In this document: one piece after another, positions 13,539-27,100 of the stretch
Layout: each line of letters starts with the position of its first letter
Numbering within the stretch: the first letter of the stretch is position 1
NCBI RefSeq assembly: GCF_009914755.1
Contig: NC_060928.1
Length of the DNA: 64,000 nucleotides
Strand: one strand, 5' to 3'
Source: the human T2T-CHM13v2.0 reference genome, Homo sapiens
Notes under the pieces: generated by a model
The model's database searches: none
The model's input: the letters and a program-made list of their open reading frames with translations, nothing else
Told to the model about the DNA's origin: nothing
Translations under genes and position numbers: made by a program

Positions 13539-15962
13539 GAGTATTCTCTCTTTTTTTCTCTTTTCTGTCTACTTGCATATAATGCAAGTATTCCTTCATT
13601 AATTCACTCATCCTACAAATTTTAATATGCACATGCTAAGTGCTGGGAAGACAGCATGAAGAGGGCAGACTCAGTCCCTCCCTGCCTCCTCAGAACTCAC
13701 AGTCTAAAGCAGTCTTTATTCCATCTAAAATGCAAAAAGAAAAATAGACTGTTTTTTATTAGTGTCATTCCAAATGGACTTCTTTATTATGACTTTAATT
13801 GCTTGTAAAGCACCTAGTAGATCTCTGCCCACTTCAAAAGGATCCTTGATAAGTATGCATAAGATAGCTCAGCAGGGTGCAAGCTGCATGCAATTATTTC
13901 TTAGTTAATCCCTTTATAGATGAGTCTACTTGTGAAGTGTCAGGATAGAGTACCTAACATGGGGGAAGAAAAGCCTCCATTCTTATTGGTTCATGTGTTT
14001 CATATTGCCTGGTGAGCCTCTGCTCTTCATTTTCAGGAAAGTGTCATTGAACAGACATCTTTGTGTCATCTAACATGTGTTTAGTGATTACTTTATCTGT
14101 AAGTAGTGAAGATCATACTAAAAGATTGCTCCCTCTGTCTAGTTAAAGCTGACAGCGTTGTCACTACTTCAGTGATAGATTCAATACCCCAGCTTCTTTT
14201 CATGAGTGTGTCTTATTCTATAGCCAAGAAATACAGATGGTTTGAGAACAGACAAAGCCTGCTGTAGCCAATGGATTCAATGTCACATTCTTAGAGTTAA
14301 TATCAGACAAGGAAGGTTTATTTAAAGTTTGTTTTTCCTTTATCCTATACCCCAGACCTTATTCTTTGCTTTCAATGTTGAAATGGTTAGTTGGGTCAAC
14401 TACTTAATGCTAATTTTTTGAAGGTGTTTTCATGGAAGATGATTTGTCCTTTTCTCCTCCCTAATTCTTCTATCTTTTCCTGACAACACATGTTTATTCC
14501 AGTAATGGCATCTAGGGTAAATATTCCTATCTTAATGTGTAAGAATGATTCTAATGGTGGGAATTTCTAGCCAGGATAGATAGGAAATCTAATCATCAAG
14601 GAAATTATTTTGATAAATTGAGACTAAAAGAATTTCTTAAGTAACTAGGTATGTAGCTAGAGCTACTGATGATAACAGCAAAGAAAATATTTGAAAGGGG
14701 TATTGTTTTTATTCTGTATACCCCCTTCTTGTCTGGAATTAGTTGGAATCAAAGTGTTCTTCCTCAAAGACATTTTAATGGCCCGTCCTATTTGAAGGTG
14801 AGGACAATGCTCAATTTCTGATATAAGCTAGCCTATCACACAGTTCCTTTTGGTTGCTGAAAGGGCAATTCTTGACACTGGCATTCATTGATTTTGATTT
14901 TTCTGCTAAGCTTTCATTCCATCATTTTTTTCCCACCTTGAAAAAAAAAATAATCCTGAGCTACATTAAGATGAACAAGATCTTAGCAAATAAATGTACT
15001 AGAAAAAAGCCAGGACCTCAGTAGAATTATGTACCTGGTACTAAGAGGGAAGGAGACAAGGAGTTTGCTGAAGCAGTTGGAATAGAGAATAGGAATGGTC
15101 AGTCAACCAATCAGCAATGAACAATGAAAAGGTCAAGCTACTTTTGAACATTACCGTGTCTTTCACAGGCTAAAGTGAGCATTAAAATTCTGAAGTCTTG
15201 CTTGCTTCCCAAAGTTTAGCAAGAAGAGAAAATGGCACACCAAGACTGTACAATATTTAGAAATGGTTTGAACATCTGGCGGTAAATATGAGGTCACCTT
15301 TGGAGCACTGCCGTCAACCTGGTCACGCTCGCCATCCCCACCCCACCCCCAGTCCTTGCGTCTCACTTCATGCATATCCATGGGGCAGCTGCCTGATTGG
15401 TAAATCAGACAGAATTCTTCAAAAGGCACCTGGGGGGCCGACAATCACAATAAATATTACAAGTTTGTCTTCACACAGACCTTTCTTCAGGAGGTCTTCT
15501 AGGCTAGCCAGTTTAATTGTTATGGCTGCTCTTTTTTCTCTCATGTGGGATTGATGAAGCGCAGTGGCTTCCCTGAGGTCACCCAGCAGGATGGGTTCAC
15601 TACCAGAAGTTCCTATACTGCTTAGAGAATCAATGATGTTGCAGAATAGAGTTCTGTAGGAGCCAACAAAAATATGTCAGTGAGTTTTACAAAGGACTTT
15701 TTAATAAAACAGCAAAATCCACTTCTGTTCCAGGTCATTTCAGTGGGCTGTGCTATGTTATTTCAGTGGGCTTCCCCAACACCAAAAATCAACCAAATGG
15801 GAGCTAAATTTTGTAGTATTTGGTAGTATAAATAATCCCAAGTGGAGATTTAAAGACATCGAATTTTCTACATTTTAAAGACATCGAATTTTTCAAACAA
15901 GATCCACTTTACCATTTATGTTCTTTTTGAGTCAACGACAATCAATCTGCATTTTCCTAACA

Positions 15963-16166
15963 TAGTGGTTCTAAATGGGGGTCAATTTTGCCTACAAAGA
16001 GGCATTGGGCAATGTCTAAAGACATTCATACTTATCACAACTTGTGGGGAGGGTGCTACTGAATCTAGGCTACAACTGTGCTAAACATTCTACAATGCAC
16101 AGGACAGTACCCTACAACAAAGGATTATCTGGCCTAGTATGACAACAGTGCCAAAACTGAGATACC
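15963..16166 (+). mobile_element. MER20 (hAT-Charlie) non-autonomous DNA transposon
   Basis: tagtggttct...ggcaatgtct...tacaatgcacaggacag...acaacaaaggattatctggcc matches the recalled MER20 consensus end to end. Confidence 0.88.
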
Positions 16167-16329
16167 AAAAGCCTGGAAGCAGAGATGTGAATTGGAACAG
16201 AAAAGTCGTGTATGCAGTTTTTGGACCTTGATTCCCCAAATGTAGACATCAGGCAATGACTCCACTGTGACTCCCACCTTTGTAGTGAACCCTCCAATTT
16301 CTATTATTATACCTCTGTTTGTATTTCTA

Positions 16330-16790
16330 AACAGTAGGTACACATATTTTTAGTTTTTAACCACGATAAAAAGAGAATCATGCTATATGTAATCTTTGGG
16401 GGCTTGCTTTTTGCTGCAAATTATATTGGTAAAATTTACATATTTTTTGTGTGCAGCTTTATTTAGTTTATTCATTTTTGCTGCTACATAACATTCCATT
16501 GTATGAAAGAACTACAGTTTACCTTGAGAGATATTCAAATTGCCTGCAGGAGTTTGCTATCGTGAATAGTCCTATGAACATCTTGTATAAAACCCAAAGT
16601 GTACATACATAGTTTTCTTTTTTCATATGTATAAAAATACAAAATACATGTAATATAATAGAATTATGCACACCTGGATATTATTATAACAATGATTAGC
16701 TCTATGTTGTAGGATTAGTAATTTTTTTCTTCTTTGTATTTTCTATTTTTTTCTACAATAAATATGTATCTTTTTTGCAATAAGAAAAAA
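16330..16790. mobile_element. Old L1ME-type fragments
   Basis: 'aatcatgctatatgtaatctttg...cattccattgtatg...ctatgaacatcttgtata' (minus-strand L1M 3' region) and a T-rich L1ME tail. Confidence 0.55.
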
Positions 16791-17782
16791 ATGCTTTCTA
16801 TAAGGCTGGGAGATTGGCATCATTGTTTTAAATTATAAGAGCATCCAAATGTGCATAAATATCTGTACATTTGTATGAGATGCTATTGTAAATTGCCTCA
16901 TTAAGTTTAATTTACTCCAATCTACAGACTACTCATAATTTTGTTGTTTCACTTCACTTAAAACGAGACTTTACTTGGGCACATCTAGATAAACTCAATT
17001 TACGAATTTGCCCACACAATACGCAAAGTCAAAAGTAGACCTAAACTACATACAAACTAAAACCTAACAAAGGGTGAATTATGCCAAAATAGGTGTCCAA
17101 AAGCCAAAGAAGAATAGCTGTCTGCTCATTGAAGTCTTTATATATAATTAAAAACTTAATTTTTAGCAACAGAAAACATTTAGGACAACTTGCTTATTAA
17201 CTGGAAACCTTGCAATTTATACCATAATGTATTCTAGGTGAAATAGACATTAACTATAAAAATAAAATTATAAAACCTAGAAAGAAATGTAATTTTTGTT
17301 TTCACTCCTCCCCCCAAAAAATCCACTAGAAACACTATGTAATTCTCAAGTTTGCAGTCTGACCATTCACAATTAAATCTGTTGATTATAAATTATAATC
17401 CATTGCCAGCCTATGTCAACAAAACCAAAATTCTCTGTGAACAGGTGATGGGCCGAGGGGTGATGCAGTCACCATTATTTAGTTGTAATGTAGAGGGAGT
17501 CCCTTGTTTTGCCTTGCTGCTGCCTCCTATCCACAGACGAGGCAACAACTGACCTCAAAAGAAGAAACCTGGGATGAGGCTGTGTCCTCAAATATTAACC
17601 GAGAGAGACAATACAGAAAAGGTTCCAGCTATTCAAGTCCTTCTCCTCACTCTCATAAAAAGAAATATCACTGTTCTCTAAGTTTGTCCAAAAATTTACT
17701 GGTGGAAACCTGAATTAACTGTATTTTTTTCCTTTAATTTTCCACACCATTTTTCCTGAGCAGAGATAATATGAAAGCTTAC

Positions 17783-17868
17783 CTTTCAATGCCAAAGGAC
17801 ATTTTCTTTTCTTTCTATGCTACAGAGCAAGCATCTCCTACTGTGAACAGCAGTTGGAATTGTGTGAT
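17783..17868 (-). other. Candidate 86-nt exon of a minus-strand transcript
   Basis: Minus strand reads ttcttattcaactttcag|ATCACAC...GGCATTGAAAG|gtaagc. Stops occur in all three frames. Confidence 0.4.
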
Positions 17869-18239
17869 CTGAAAGTTGAATAAGAAGTGTCATAGAATAA
17901 AAGATTAAAAAAAAAAGAGGTATTAGGGGATGCAGAAAGGAAGAGAGGAGAATAGCAATGCAACAAACTATGGCAACAATTAATCTCTAAACCCAAAAAG
18001 TTCCTCCTTCAAAGAAAATGCCAGTCCCACTGGACACCAGAAACTAGAGTGTAAGCTACTGTCAATGTGCCTTTTTTTTTTTTTTTTTGTCGCTGGAGAG
18101 AACAACAGGCAGGTGGCAGGGTTCCTGCCCGTGCTTCTGCATGACATGGCCCCACTGTGCAGTCACATGCACAAAGGCAGACTCAGGCTGAAGAGTGGGG
18201 CAGGGCAGCTCATGCTGTTTGCCAGAGGTCTTAAGGGGA

Positions 18240-18660
18240 TCTTCTATTTCATTCCCTAGTAATGCCCTTTTTGTTGACAAAAGTAAATTGATGATAGTCA
18301 AGAGGGAAGCATTTGGTGGAAAAAATTCTGTTGACCCTTCTCAGATTGAATTTGACCACAGAACAGGATACCAGCAGTTGCAGAAATGATAGATTATTGT
18401 AATGACTGCCAGAATGGCCTTTTGGCATGTTTAAATGGCAATAAATTTCACCAGGAAGAAGGCAATTTTACTACTTTAGAGCAGTAAGGAAACACGGTGT
18501 TTAAGGTGTAAATAAATCGTGGGTCATTAACAGCAAGCGTATTCTGTCCATGGTGCAATTCTCAATCAGTGGCTATTCATATTTAATTTAATTATGTGGA
18601 TTTACTTAGCCAATTATGCTTTTTTGTTCCAGGTCACAGACTTCTCAGGCTGACAATTTT
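18240..18660. promoter_or_regulatory. Candidate conserved non-coding enhancer block
   Basis: Repeat-free, dense in homeobox (TAAT/AATTA, CAATAAA), TGACA, GTAAATA and ATTGT motifs. Confidence 0.45.
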
Positions 18661-21374
18661 GCTCTCTTCCTGTCTCCCTTATGTCTATAAACACAGCCCT
18701 AGTTTCTCCCTCACTTTTCCTTCCACAGGTACATAAATACCATCGGGGAAGTTCAATGATACTAGCTCACTGAATAGCCTGCTGAGATTATTAAATTAGA
18801 GACTGATGTGCTATGTGGTCTTTTTCTTGGCTCCAAAATCCCCTCTGTCCCTCGCTCATTAATCTGGTTCAGTCCTTCACTGAACTCTGCCATTAAAGGA
18901 GGAGGCGGGAGAAAGAGGTGTGCAATGAAGTTTGACATTTTCTCAAAAATGATTGTATTAAAACCCACTTACATTTATAGCTCCATCTCATTTGAGAATG
19001 TTAATCAGTTGCAATTTCATCAAGGTAAAGGTATTGGGATCTAATCAAGTCAAAGACTTGCTCACATTGGTATGTATCGCACTTCTGAAGCATCACTTCA
19101 AAAGGTCATTTTTAAATACAGTAAAGCTGATAATTTAAAAAGTTCATTCATAATAACAATCTGCTTATGGACAGTTTAAAACATTTGGGCTCCATCTACT
19201 GTACTAGTTTCAGGCCAAATGCAGCTCACGTCAAGCTTGTGTAAGCTCTGACCCGAGCTGCAAAATTCAGGAGACATACTCCAAATCAGGCAGGTCAATA
19301 ATGCTTTCCAGAACCCAATTAGTGCTGAACTTGGGTTGGCCAAACAAGCACAATCTCTCCAAAAGCCTAAATCTCATTTTATACTAAGCAAAGTGTGGAA
19401 TGTCCTTCCCCAATCTGACTGAGAGGATAGTCTGAGTGATTAGTCCCAAGCCTCACTTAAGGGCAGGCACGTATATTTCTTTCTGCTTGATTCATGTTTC
19501 CTGGAATGTTTTTCCTGAGACCATACTGAAAAGCTTTTCTGTTTCTATAATTCTGTAAACTGCCAGGAACACACCAGTAGCTCCAACCAACTGTAGGCCA
19601 AAAACATCATCTTGTTTATCTGAGATCAGCCCTAGGAACTAATGAAACTCTGGGCAGCTAGTGGAAGGCACACAGATATGGGGGGCACTCACCACATTGA
19701 ATTACCACCTATTTCAGAGTTCATGTGCTTGGCATCCCAGATGGAGACAGGAGAGATAATACAGAACGATACTAAAGACAACCATCAGAGGAAGTTTAAT
19801 AAGGCAAAATTTGAGGAATTACATTGAATATTTAAGGTATTTATAGCAAGAGAAAAGAATCACTCATGTAAGAAGAGTTGGACGATTTCAGAAAATGATC
19901 TATTGATTGTGTTGTTTTACAGATGAACAAGTAGAAACCCCAAAAATCTGAGTGGATTTCTCTAGGCCGACAGAATTTGTTGACAAACTAAGACTAGAAC
20001 AAAGACTTCTGACTCCTAATTCTGCTACTCCAACAAGCAGTATTCCAGGACGGACAAGCCACTGAGAGTGGAAAGCCAAACTGCTGGGGCACTCTGCAGC
20101 CCTGAGGAGCAGCTACCATTTGGGGCAGCAGAAACCTTAGAAAACCTGCAAGTGTCCTCACCTCACCCCTTCTCACTGAGGTCCTGGGCTGTGGTCACAA
20201 TTCTTGAAAACAAATGTCCAGTGTGTTTGGGTTGCAAGGGTGGGAATGCCCAGTTTTCCGAGTCTACACATCGTTTTCAAGGCCCAGGTTCATCTTTATC
20301 ATGACAGCCAGAGATAAAAAGAATACTGGGAAGGGCAGGGTATTTTTGGACTACAGGGCAAGGTTATCTGGCTCTGGCTGAGATAAATGGGAAGGGTCAG
20401 ACCTTGCCAGTTTTCACTACAGTCAGTCAAGTTGACCACATGTGAGGAAGAGGGAATTTTTATAGAAGCTGTCAACATTTAAAAGCACATGGTCACATGT
20501 AGTGATAAGTCAAACCCCCTTTGTTTTTAATGGGCTTGCCTCCCAGCCTTACTTTTCCAAATGATGATAGCTTCATCTCTTAGTGTATAGTTAACTCTCC
20601 AGCTAGATCTATTCACAGTCAGGCAGACCAACAGAAAGTGTGTCCCTGGGCTCCTTCTTTGTTTACCATCTCCTGCTAACCTAATTCTAGATGAGCAAAA
20701 ATGTCCCTGCACTGGGGGTAATCATGATGACAGGGAAGGTAATGTTGGTGACATGATGATGATGCTGATGCCAGCATATGAAGGTAGAGGTGAGCAGCTT
20801 TCTCTACCTACTGATGAAAGCTAAATTCTTAAAGCAAACAGCCACAGATACAATATAAATGAAGGAACTTGAGTCAATAAATGACTGTTTACTTCACATC
20901 ATGAGTAAATATGGTGGCCTTATGACAAAAAAAAATTTCATTTTCTTTCTGTTTGATTTCTACTTCGTTGGCTTTATGATTTGCTTATTTTATCAGGTTG
21001 ATCAGGCACAATTAGCATGTCTTTCTAACAAAGATTAATAACTCTTGAGCTCAACAAAGGGCAATTAGATGTGGGGTATATTACCCCACTACAGTGTGAA
21101 GAAGACTTATTCATTTGTTCTTGTGCTGTTAGTCATATGCTTGGTGTCACAGACACCCACCTACACTACAGCAGAGAGGGGGAAAAAACAGTTCATAAAA
21201 GTGTAGGGAAGAGATCCTTCAGCTTAGCACCAATGTCCTTTTATACAATGTTTCCGCAAAATGGTTGTTTGGAATCACCTCTGACAACATAACATTTTCT
21301 GAGCAATTAATACATGCTAGACCCTATGCCAAGTATTTATTTTAATCCTTGTATTAAGCCTATGAAATAGGTAT

Positions 21375-21835
21375 GGAAGAAATTATTTCTTACTCACCCA
21401 CAATAGCCATTCTCCCTTTTATCCTCAGCATTAGAACCCTAACTTTATTTATGATGGCAATATTGCTAACTTTAAAGGACTACATTGCTCAGCTTCCTTC
21501 ACAAGCGGGAACAGCCATACAAAAAATTTCTAACCAATGAGATTTATGCAGAAATATTGTTTGGGATTTCAGAGATCGTTCCTTAAAGAAAGTTATCACT
21601 GCTTTTGCCCTTCCCCACCTCCTCCCTCCTTCTGTCTGAAGAGTAGATTCGATGGCTGAAGCTCCAGCAGCCATCTTGGACCTGGCATTAGGAAGATAGA
21701 AGAGAAAGACAGAAGGAGCCTAAAATGTTCTGATGACACTTCTTACAGACAGAAAATGTAAGGTTCCACCTTTCTTAAGCTACTGATTTTTTAGATTTTT
21801 TATTATATGTAACCTGACCTAATCCTAGTAAAATA
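21375..21835. mobile_element. MLT1J/I-like MaLR solo LTR inside a MIR
   Basis: 'gactacattgctcagcttcctt...aaccaatgagat...gatggctgaagctccagcagccatcttg'. MIR sequence lies on both sides. Confidence 0.7.
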
Positions 21836-22299
21836 GTCAATATTTTTATATAAAAATTGGGAAACTGAGGCTAATAAATGGCAGAGATGCAATTTGAACT
21901 CAGGTTGTCTGATTCTAGAGCCTGTATTGTTAATGCTATGTTGCTTGTAAGAGTCATTGCAATGGCACCCTCCTGCCATTACTCTTCATACTCTTCAGTA
22001 CAGTACAGCCATTAAGGATTAATTTTAAATTTTCAAACCAACCTGGCTCTGCTCTATCTTATCTTAGACATTCACGTGTGTTGTTTCCTTTTACTGAAAT
22101 GCACTTCTTTCTGTTCTTTGAACAGCACCTACTCAGATTTCAACTTCATTTAGGCATAATTTTCTCCAAAAAAATTTATCTGATCTTTCTAATATAGTTA
22201 AGTTTTCCTCCAATATACTCCCATAGTTCTGTCATCACTCAGCATTAATTAACTCCCAATAGACTATGAGGGAAGTTACTGTGTCTTTCTTGTTTGCTA

Positions 22300-25200
22300 T
22301 TAGAGGGAACAGTGGCCAGTGGCCACACCATGCCAGGAATAGTGTTTGTCTTTACCAGCCAGAACAGAAAACCTAAAAATTCCTGCATTAGGTAGAGTAC
22401 TCAGAAGCATCTTACCTTAGTAGTGAGGAATAATTAGCCCTAGACTAGGCATGGCTCTGTTCCTCCTAACAAATTGTGAAGACAAGACTCAAAGAGATCT
22501 AAACTGTCTCAGAATAAAGTTCAACAATGTGTTTATATCTGTCATCCAACCAAAGGTAACTAGGCCTACAAGGAAGCAGAAAAATATGACTTATAATGAA
22601 GAGAAAAATCAATCAATTGAAACAAACTCAGAACCAACACAGATTTTAGAATTTACAGGTGAGGGCATTAAAACAATGTTTATAATTATATTTCATAGAT
22701 CCAAAATCTAAGTAGACACAAAGAAGATATTTTTTAAAGACCCAAGTTCAGCTTCTAGAGATTAAAACTACAATGTATGAGATAAAAATATAATAGATGG
22801 AATTAACAGTAGGTTAGATATTACCAAAGAAAATATTGGTGAACTTAAAGACATAGCAATATTGACTATTCAAAAAGAAATGCAAAGAGAAAAAGAATTC
22901 TTAAAAATGAAAGGCTGTCAGTGAGCTGTGAAATAACTTCAAGCAGTTTAACATATGTGTTATTCGAGGCCCCAAAAGAGAAGGAGAACAAAAAATAATT
23001 TGAAGAAATAATGGCTTTATTTTTCCAAATTTGGTGAAATCTATAAACCCATAGATACAAGAAGCTCAATGAACTCCCTAGCACATGAAACATGAAGAAA
23101 ATACCAACTCATGTCATAGTTAAGTTATGCAAAACTTGTCATAAAGAGAGTCTTAAAGGCATCCAGAGGAAAATATGTCACCTTACATTCAGAGGAACAA
23201 AGATAAGGGTGACAGTGATTTTTTGCCAGAAACCATACAATGAAGAAGACAGCAATATCTGTACAGCACTGAAAGGAAAAGAAAAGAAAAGCTTTTAATC
23301 TAGAATTCTATTCCCAGCAAAAAAATATATATTTCAAAAATGAAGGTGAAACATGTTTTCATACATACAAAAGCTGAAAAAAAATTATCATTAGCAGAGT
23401 CACACTAAAAGAGATGTTAAGCAAAGTCCTTCAGACAGAAAGAAAATGATGCAGTTAGAAATATGGATCTACAACCATCAGATCTTTGACAAACCTGACA
23501 AAAACAAGAAATGGGGAAAGGATTCCCTATTTAATAAATGGTGCTGGGAAAACTGGCTAGCTATATGTAGAAAGCCGAAACTAGATCCCTTCCTTACACC
23601 TTATACAAAAATTAATTCAAGATGGATTAAAGACTTAAATGTTAGACCTAAAACCATAAAAACCCTAGAAGAAAACCTAGGCAATACCATTCAGGACATA
23701 GGCATGGGCAAGGACTTCATGTCAAAAACACCAAAAGCAATGGCAACAAAAGCCAAAATTGACAAATGGGATCTAATGAAACTAAAGAGCTTCCGCACAG
23801 CCAGCGAAACTACCATCAAAGTGAACAGACAACCTACAGAATGGGAGAAAATTTTTGCAATCTACCCATCCGACAAAGGGCTAATATCCAGAATCTACAA
23901 AGAACTTAAACAAATTTACAAGAAAAAACAACCCCATCAAAAAGTGGGCAAAACATATGAACAGACACTTCTCAAAAGAAGACATTTATGCAGCCAACAG
24001 ATACATGAAAAAATGCTCATCATCTCTGGCCATCAGAGAAATGCAAATCAAAACCACAATGTGATACCGTCTCACACCAGTTAGAATGGCGATCATTAAA
24101 AAGTCAGGAAACAACAGGTGCTGGAGAGGATGTGGAGAAATAGGAACACTTTTACACTGTTGGTGGGACTGTAAACTAGTTCAACCATTGTGGAAGACAG
24201 TATGGCGATTCCTCAAGGATCCAGAACTAGAAATACCATTTGACCCAGCCATCCCATTACTGGGTATATACCCAAAGGACTATAAATCATGCTGCTATAA
24301 AGACACATGCACACGAATGTTTATTGTGGCACTATTCACGATAGCAAAGACTTGAAACCAACCCAAATGTCCATCAATGATAGACTGGATTAAGAAAATG
24401 TGGCATATATACACCATGGAATACTATGCAGCCATAAAAAAGGATGGGTTCATGTTCTTTGTAGGGACATGGATGAAGCTGGAAACCGTCATTCTGAGCA
24501 AACTATCACAAGGACAGAAAACCAAATACTGCATGTTCTCACTCATAGGTGGGAATTGAACAATGAGAACACTTGGACATGGGATGGGGAACACCACACA
24601 CTGGGGCCTGTCGTGGGATGGGGGGAGGGGGGAGGGATAGCATTAGGAGATATACCTAATGTAAATGACAAGTTAATGGGTGCAGCACACCAACATGACA
24701 CATGTATACATATGTAACAAACCTTCACGCTGTGCACATGTACCCTAGAACTTAAAGTATAATATTAATTAAAAAATCAAAACTCTATAATAATCACAAA
24801 AAAAGAAATATGGATCTACACAAAGGAATAAAGTACACCAGAAATTGTAACTACATGTGTAGATATATAAAACTTTTTTATTATATAAATCTCTTTAAAA
24901 GATAGTTGTTTAAACAAACATAATGTGTTATGGGGTTTACAATATATGTATAAGTGAAAGTTCTGGCAACAATAGCATAAACAAGGGGAGAAGTGAAAGT
25001 ACTACCATAAGATTCTTATACTATACATGAAGTGGTATAATAAAAAGGTGGACTGTGATAAAAGAAACATATACCACAAATGCTGAAGCAACCATTAATA
25101 TAGCAAAACAAAGAATTACACCTAATAAACCAAGAAAAGAGATAAAATGGAATCATTTTGAAAACTCAATCCAAAAGTAGTTCAAAAGAAGAGCAAAAAG

Positions 25201-26011
25201 GAGCAAAGAGCAGAACACAAAAAACATAGTGAGATGATAGACTCAAACCTAATTATAAATAATTGCATTAAATGTAAATGGTCTAAACACTGCAGACATT
25301 ATCAAATTGAACTTCTTTTAAAAAGGGCAACACCCAACTATATCCCACCTATAAGAAGCAAACTTTCAAAATACAAACAGTTTAAAAGAAAGAAATATAT
25401 ACCATGCTTATACTAATCAAAAGAAGCTGTATCAGCTATATTAATATCAGACAAACTAGATTTCAGACAAAAATGATATTAGCAGAAATAAAGAAGTCTA
25501 TTTCATAATAAAGAGGTCATCAAGAGGACATAACAATCCTAAATGTTTATGCACCTAATAACATAGCTTCAAAATGAATGAAGCAAAAACTGATAGAACT
25601 CTACAAATAAATAAACAAATCCACAATTATACTTGAAGATGTCAATACCCCTCTGCCAATAACTGATCAATCTAGTGGACAGAAAATAAGTGAGGATACA
25701 GACCACCAAACAACATTATCAACCAACTTGACCTAATTGACAATTATAAAACAAACCACTCAACAATAGCCAAGTAACATAATGCACTCAGTTCTTTTCA
25801 AGTACTCACAGAACATTTGCCAATTTATACGGTACAGGGATGGAGGGATTTAAAAGGGCACAAGGAAACTTCTGGTTGTGATGAGTATATATCCCTACGT
25901 TCACTATCTGGATCATGATGATGGTTTCATGAGTGAATATATATTTCAACACCTATTAAATTGTACATTTTAAATATGTGCAGCTTATTGTTGCTTATTA
26001 TAGCTCAATAA
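22300..26011 (+). mobile_element. Old L1M (L1MC/MD-type) with decayed ORF1 and ORF2 endonuclease start joined to a 3' UTR, split by an L1PA
   Basis: ORF1-like 22.5-23.45 kb. EN-like 'aagaggacataacaatcctaaatgtttatgcacctaat' at ~25.5 kb. 3' end 'aagggcacaaggaaacttctgg...aattgtacattttaaatatgtgcag...ctcaataaa'. Confidence 0.75.
23474..24803 (+). mobile_element. 5'-truncated L1PA (L1PA4-6-like), ORF2 C-terminus and 3' UTR
   Basis: ORF track gives L1 ORF2p peptides ([13 protein letters not shown]; [27 protein letters not shown]) with a frameshift and a stop. G-rich 3' UTR. 17-bp TSD AGAAATATGGATCTACA at 23457-23473 and 24804-24820. Confidence 0.97.
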
Positions 26012-26118
26012 ATCCTTATATATACTACTTTCTCATTAACACTTCCCATGTAATATTGCCATAGAATTTGTCTTACAAATCTTAAGCAGAAATTAGCTTT
26101 ATAATTGTTTTCCCCTAA

Positions 26119-26157
26119 AAATGGCAAAAACTGCAATAACTTTAAAAACTAATATTA
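26119..26157. mobile_element. Half of a MADE1 (Hsmar1-derived MITE)
   Basis: aatggcaaaaactgcaataacttt matches the MADE1 arm AATGGCAAAAACCGCAATTACTTT. Confidence 0.6.
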
Positions 26158-26859
26158 TGTATAATTTTATATATGCACATATATGTATGTATGTGTGTGT
26201 GTATAAAATTATCTGCCCTACTTCTTTCTCTATGCTCCTTGAGAGCTCGGACAGGGTCTTATTTCTTCTCTGTGTCCCATCATCTAAGACAGTACTTGGC
26301 ACAAAGTAGGTGCTCAACAAATAATTGCCAAATTTTTTGCTGCTGTTATTTTTATGTTCTTAGGGAAATCAGGTATTAGAAAGTGGAACACTACCCATGA
26401 ATTTTGACACCTCTCTTCAGTGAGCTGTAAGTAATAGGTATAATATTGAAATTTGAATGAATAATTATCAGAAATCCTGAGTGAATCCTGAGGAGAAGTA
26501 TATCCAGCAGGAATAAATTCTTGCTCCAACTTCAAAATTAAAAATAAAATGTAGACATTTCCTTTATTTCCAAAAATTTACTTAAAATTCTAAACTTAAA
26601 TAATCCATTAATTATATCAAACTTTATCCCATCCCCCTCATTTCTCACACCACCCTAACTCCAATATTCTATTGTTCTTAAGAAAGAAAGAGAACAGCCT
26701 TATACAAGTCAGAGAGAGCATCCTGTTGATGACCTGTTGGAGTGTCTCTTCAGCTGGAGTATCTCATTTCTTTTTGAAGGCTACGGTGGGCACCTAGAGA
26801 CAATAGATTCATGTTTAACCCCTACACACCCTTCCCTGGGCTGAAACCTACACTTTTCA

Positions 26860-27100
26860 GTGGTAGGGGTTTAAAAGCACTGATTCTGGAGCTGGGTTGC
26901 CTAGATGTGAATTCTAGGCCTACCATATAATAGCTGTGTAGCCTTCAACAAGTTACTTAACCTCTCTATTTCTCAGTTTCTTTGTAATAGTGGTACTTGC
27001 CTTATAAGGCTGTTGAGAACATTAAATTGATCTAATACATGTAAAGCACATAGAAAACTGTCCACTGCACAGTAAGTAGCCAATGGGTGTTAAATATTAT
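26860..27100 (+). mobile_element. MIR SINE
   Basis: 'attctggagctgggttgcctagatgtgaattctaggcctacca...caagttacttaacctctctatttctcagtttc'. Confidence 0.85.

Noticed and set aside
15848-15893. 25-bp-period duplication (tttaaagacatcgaatttt x2), with similar short pairs near 47145, 50951 and 54804
   Set aside because: Two-copy slippage duplications, common in mammalian DNA. Not a CRISPR-like or functional array.
18700-18735. Plus-strand CAG|GTACAT as a recursive splice site
   Set aside because: The acceptor is good but the regenerated donor is poor, and there is no supporting downstream structure.
23446-24559. Longest ORFs (212, 89 and 60 aa) as a protein-coding gene
   Set aside because: They are frameshifted, stop-interrupted L1 ORF2p C-terminal fragments in a 5'-truncated L1PA with TSDs.
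26119-26157. miR-548-type hairpin from MADE1
   Set aside because: Only one arm is recognisable, so it cannot form the hairpin.
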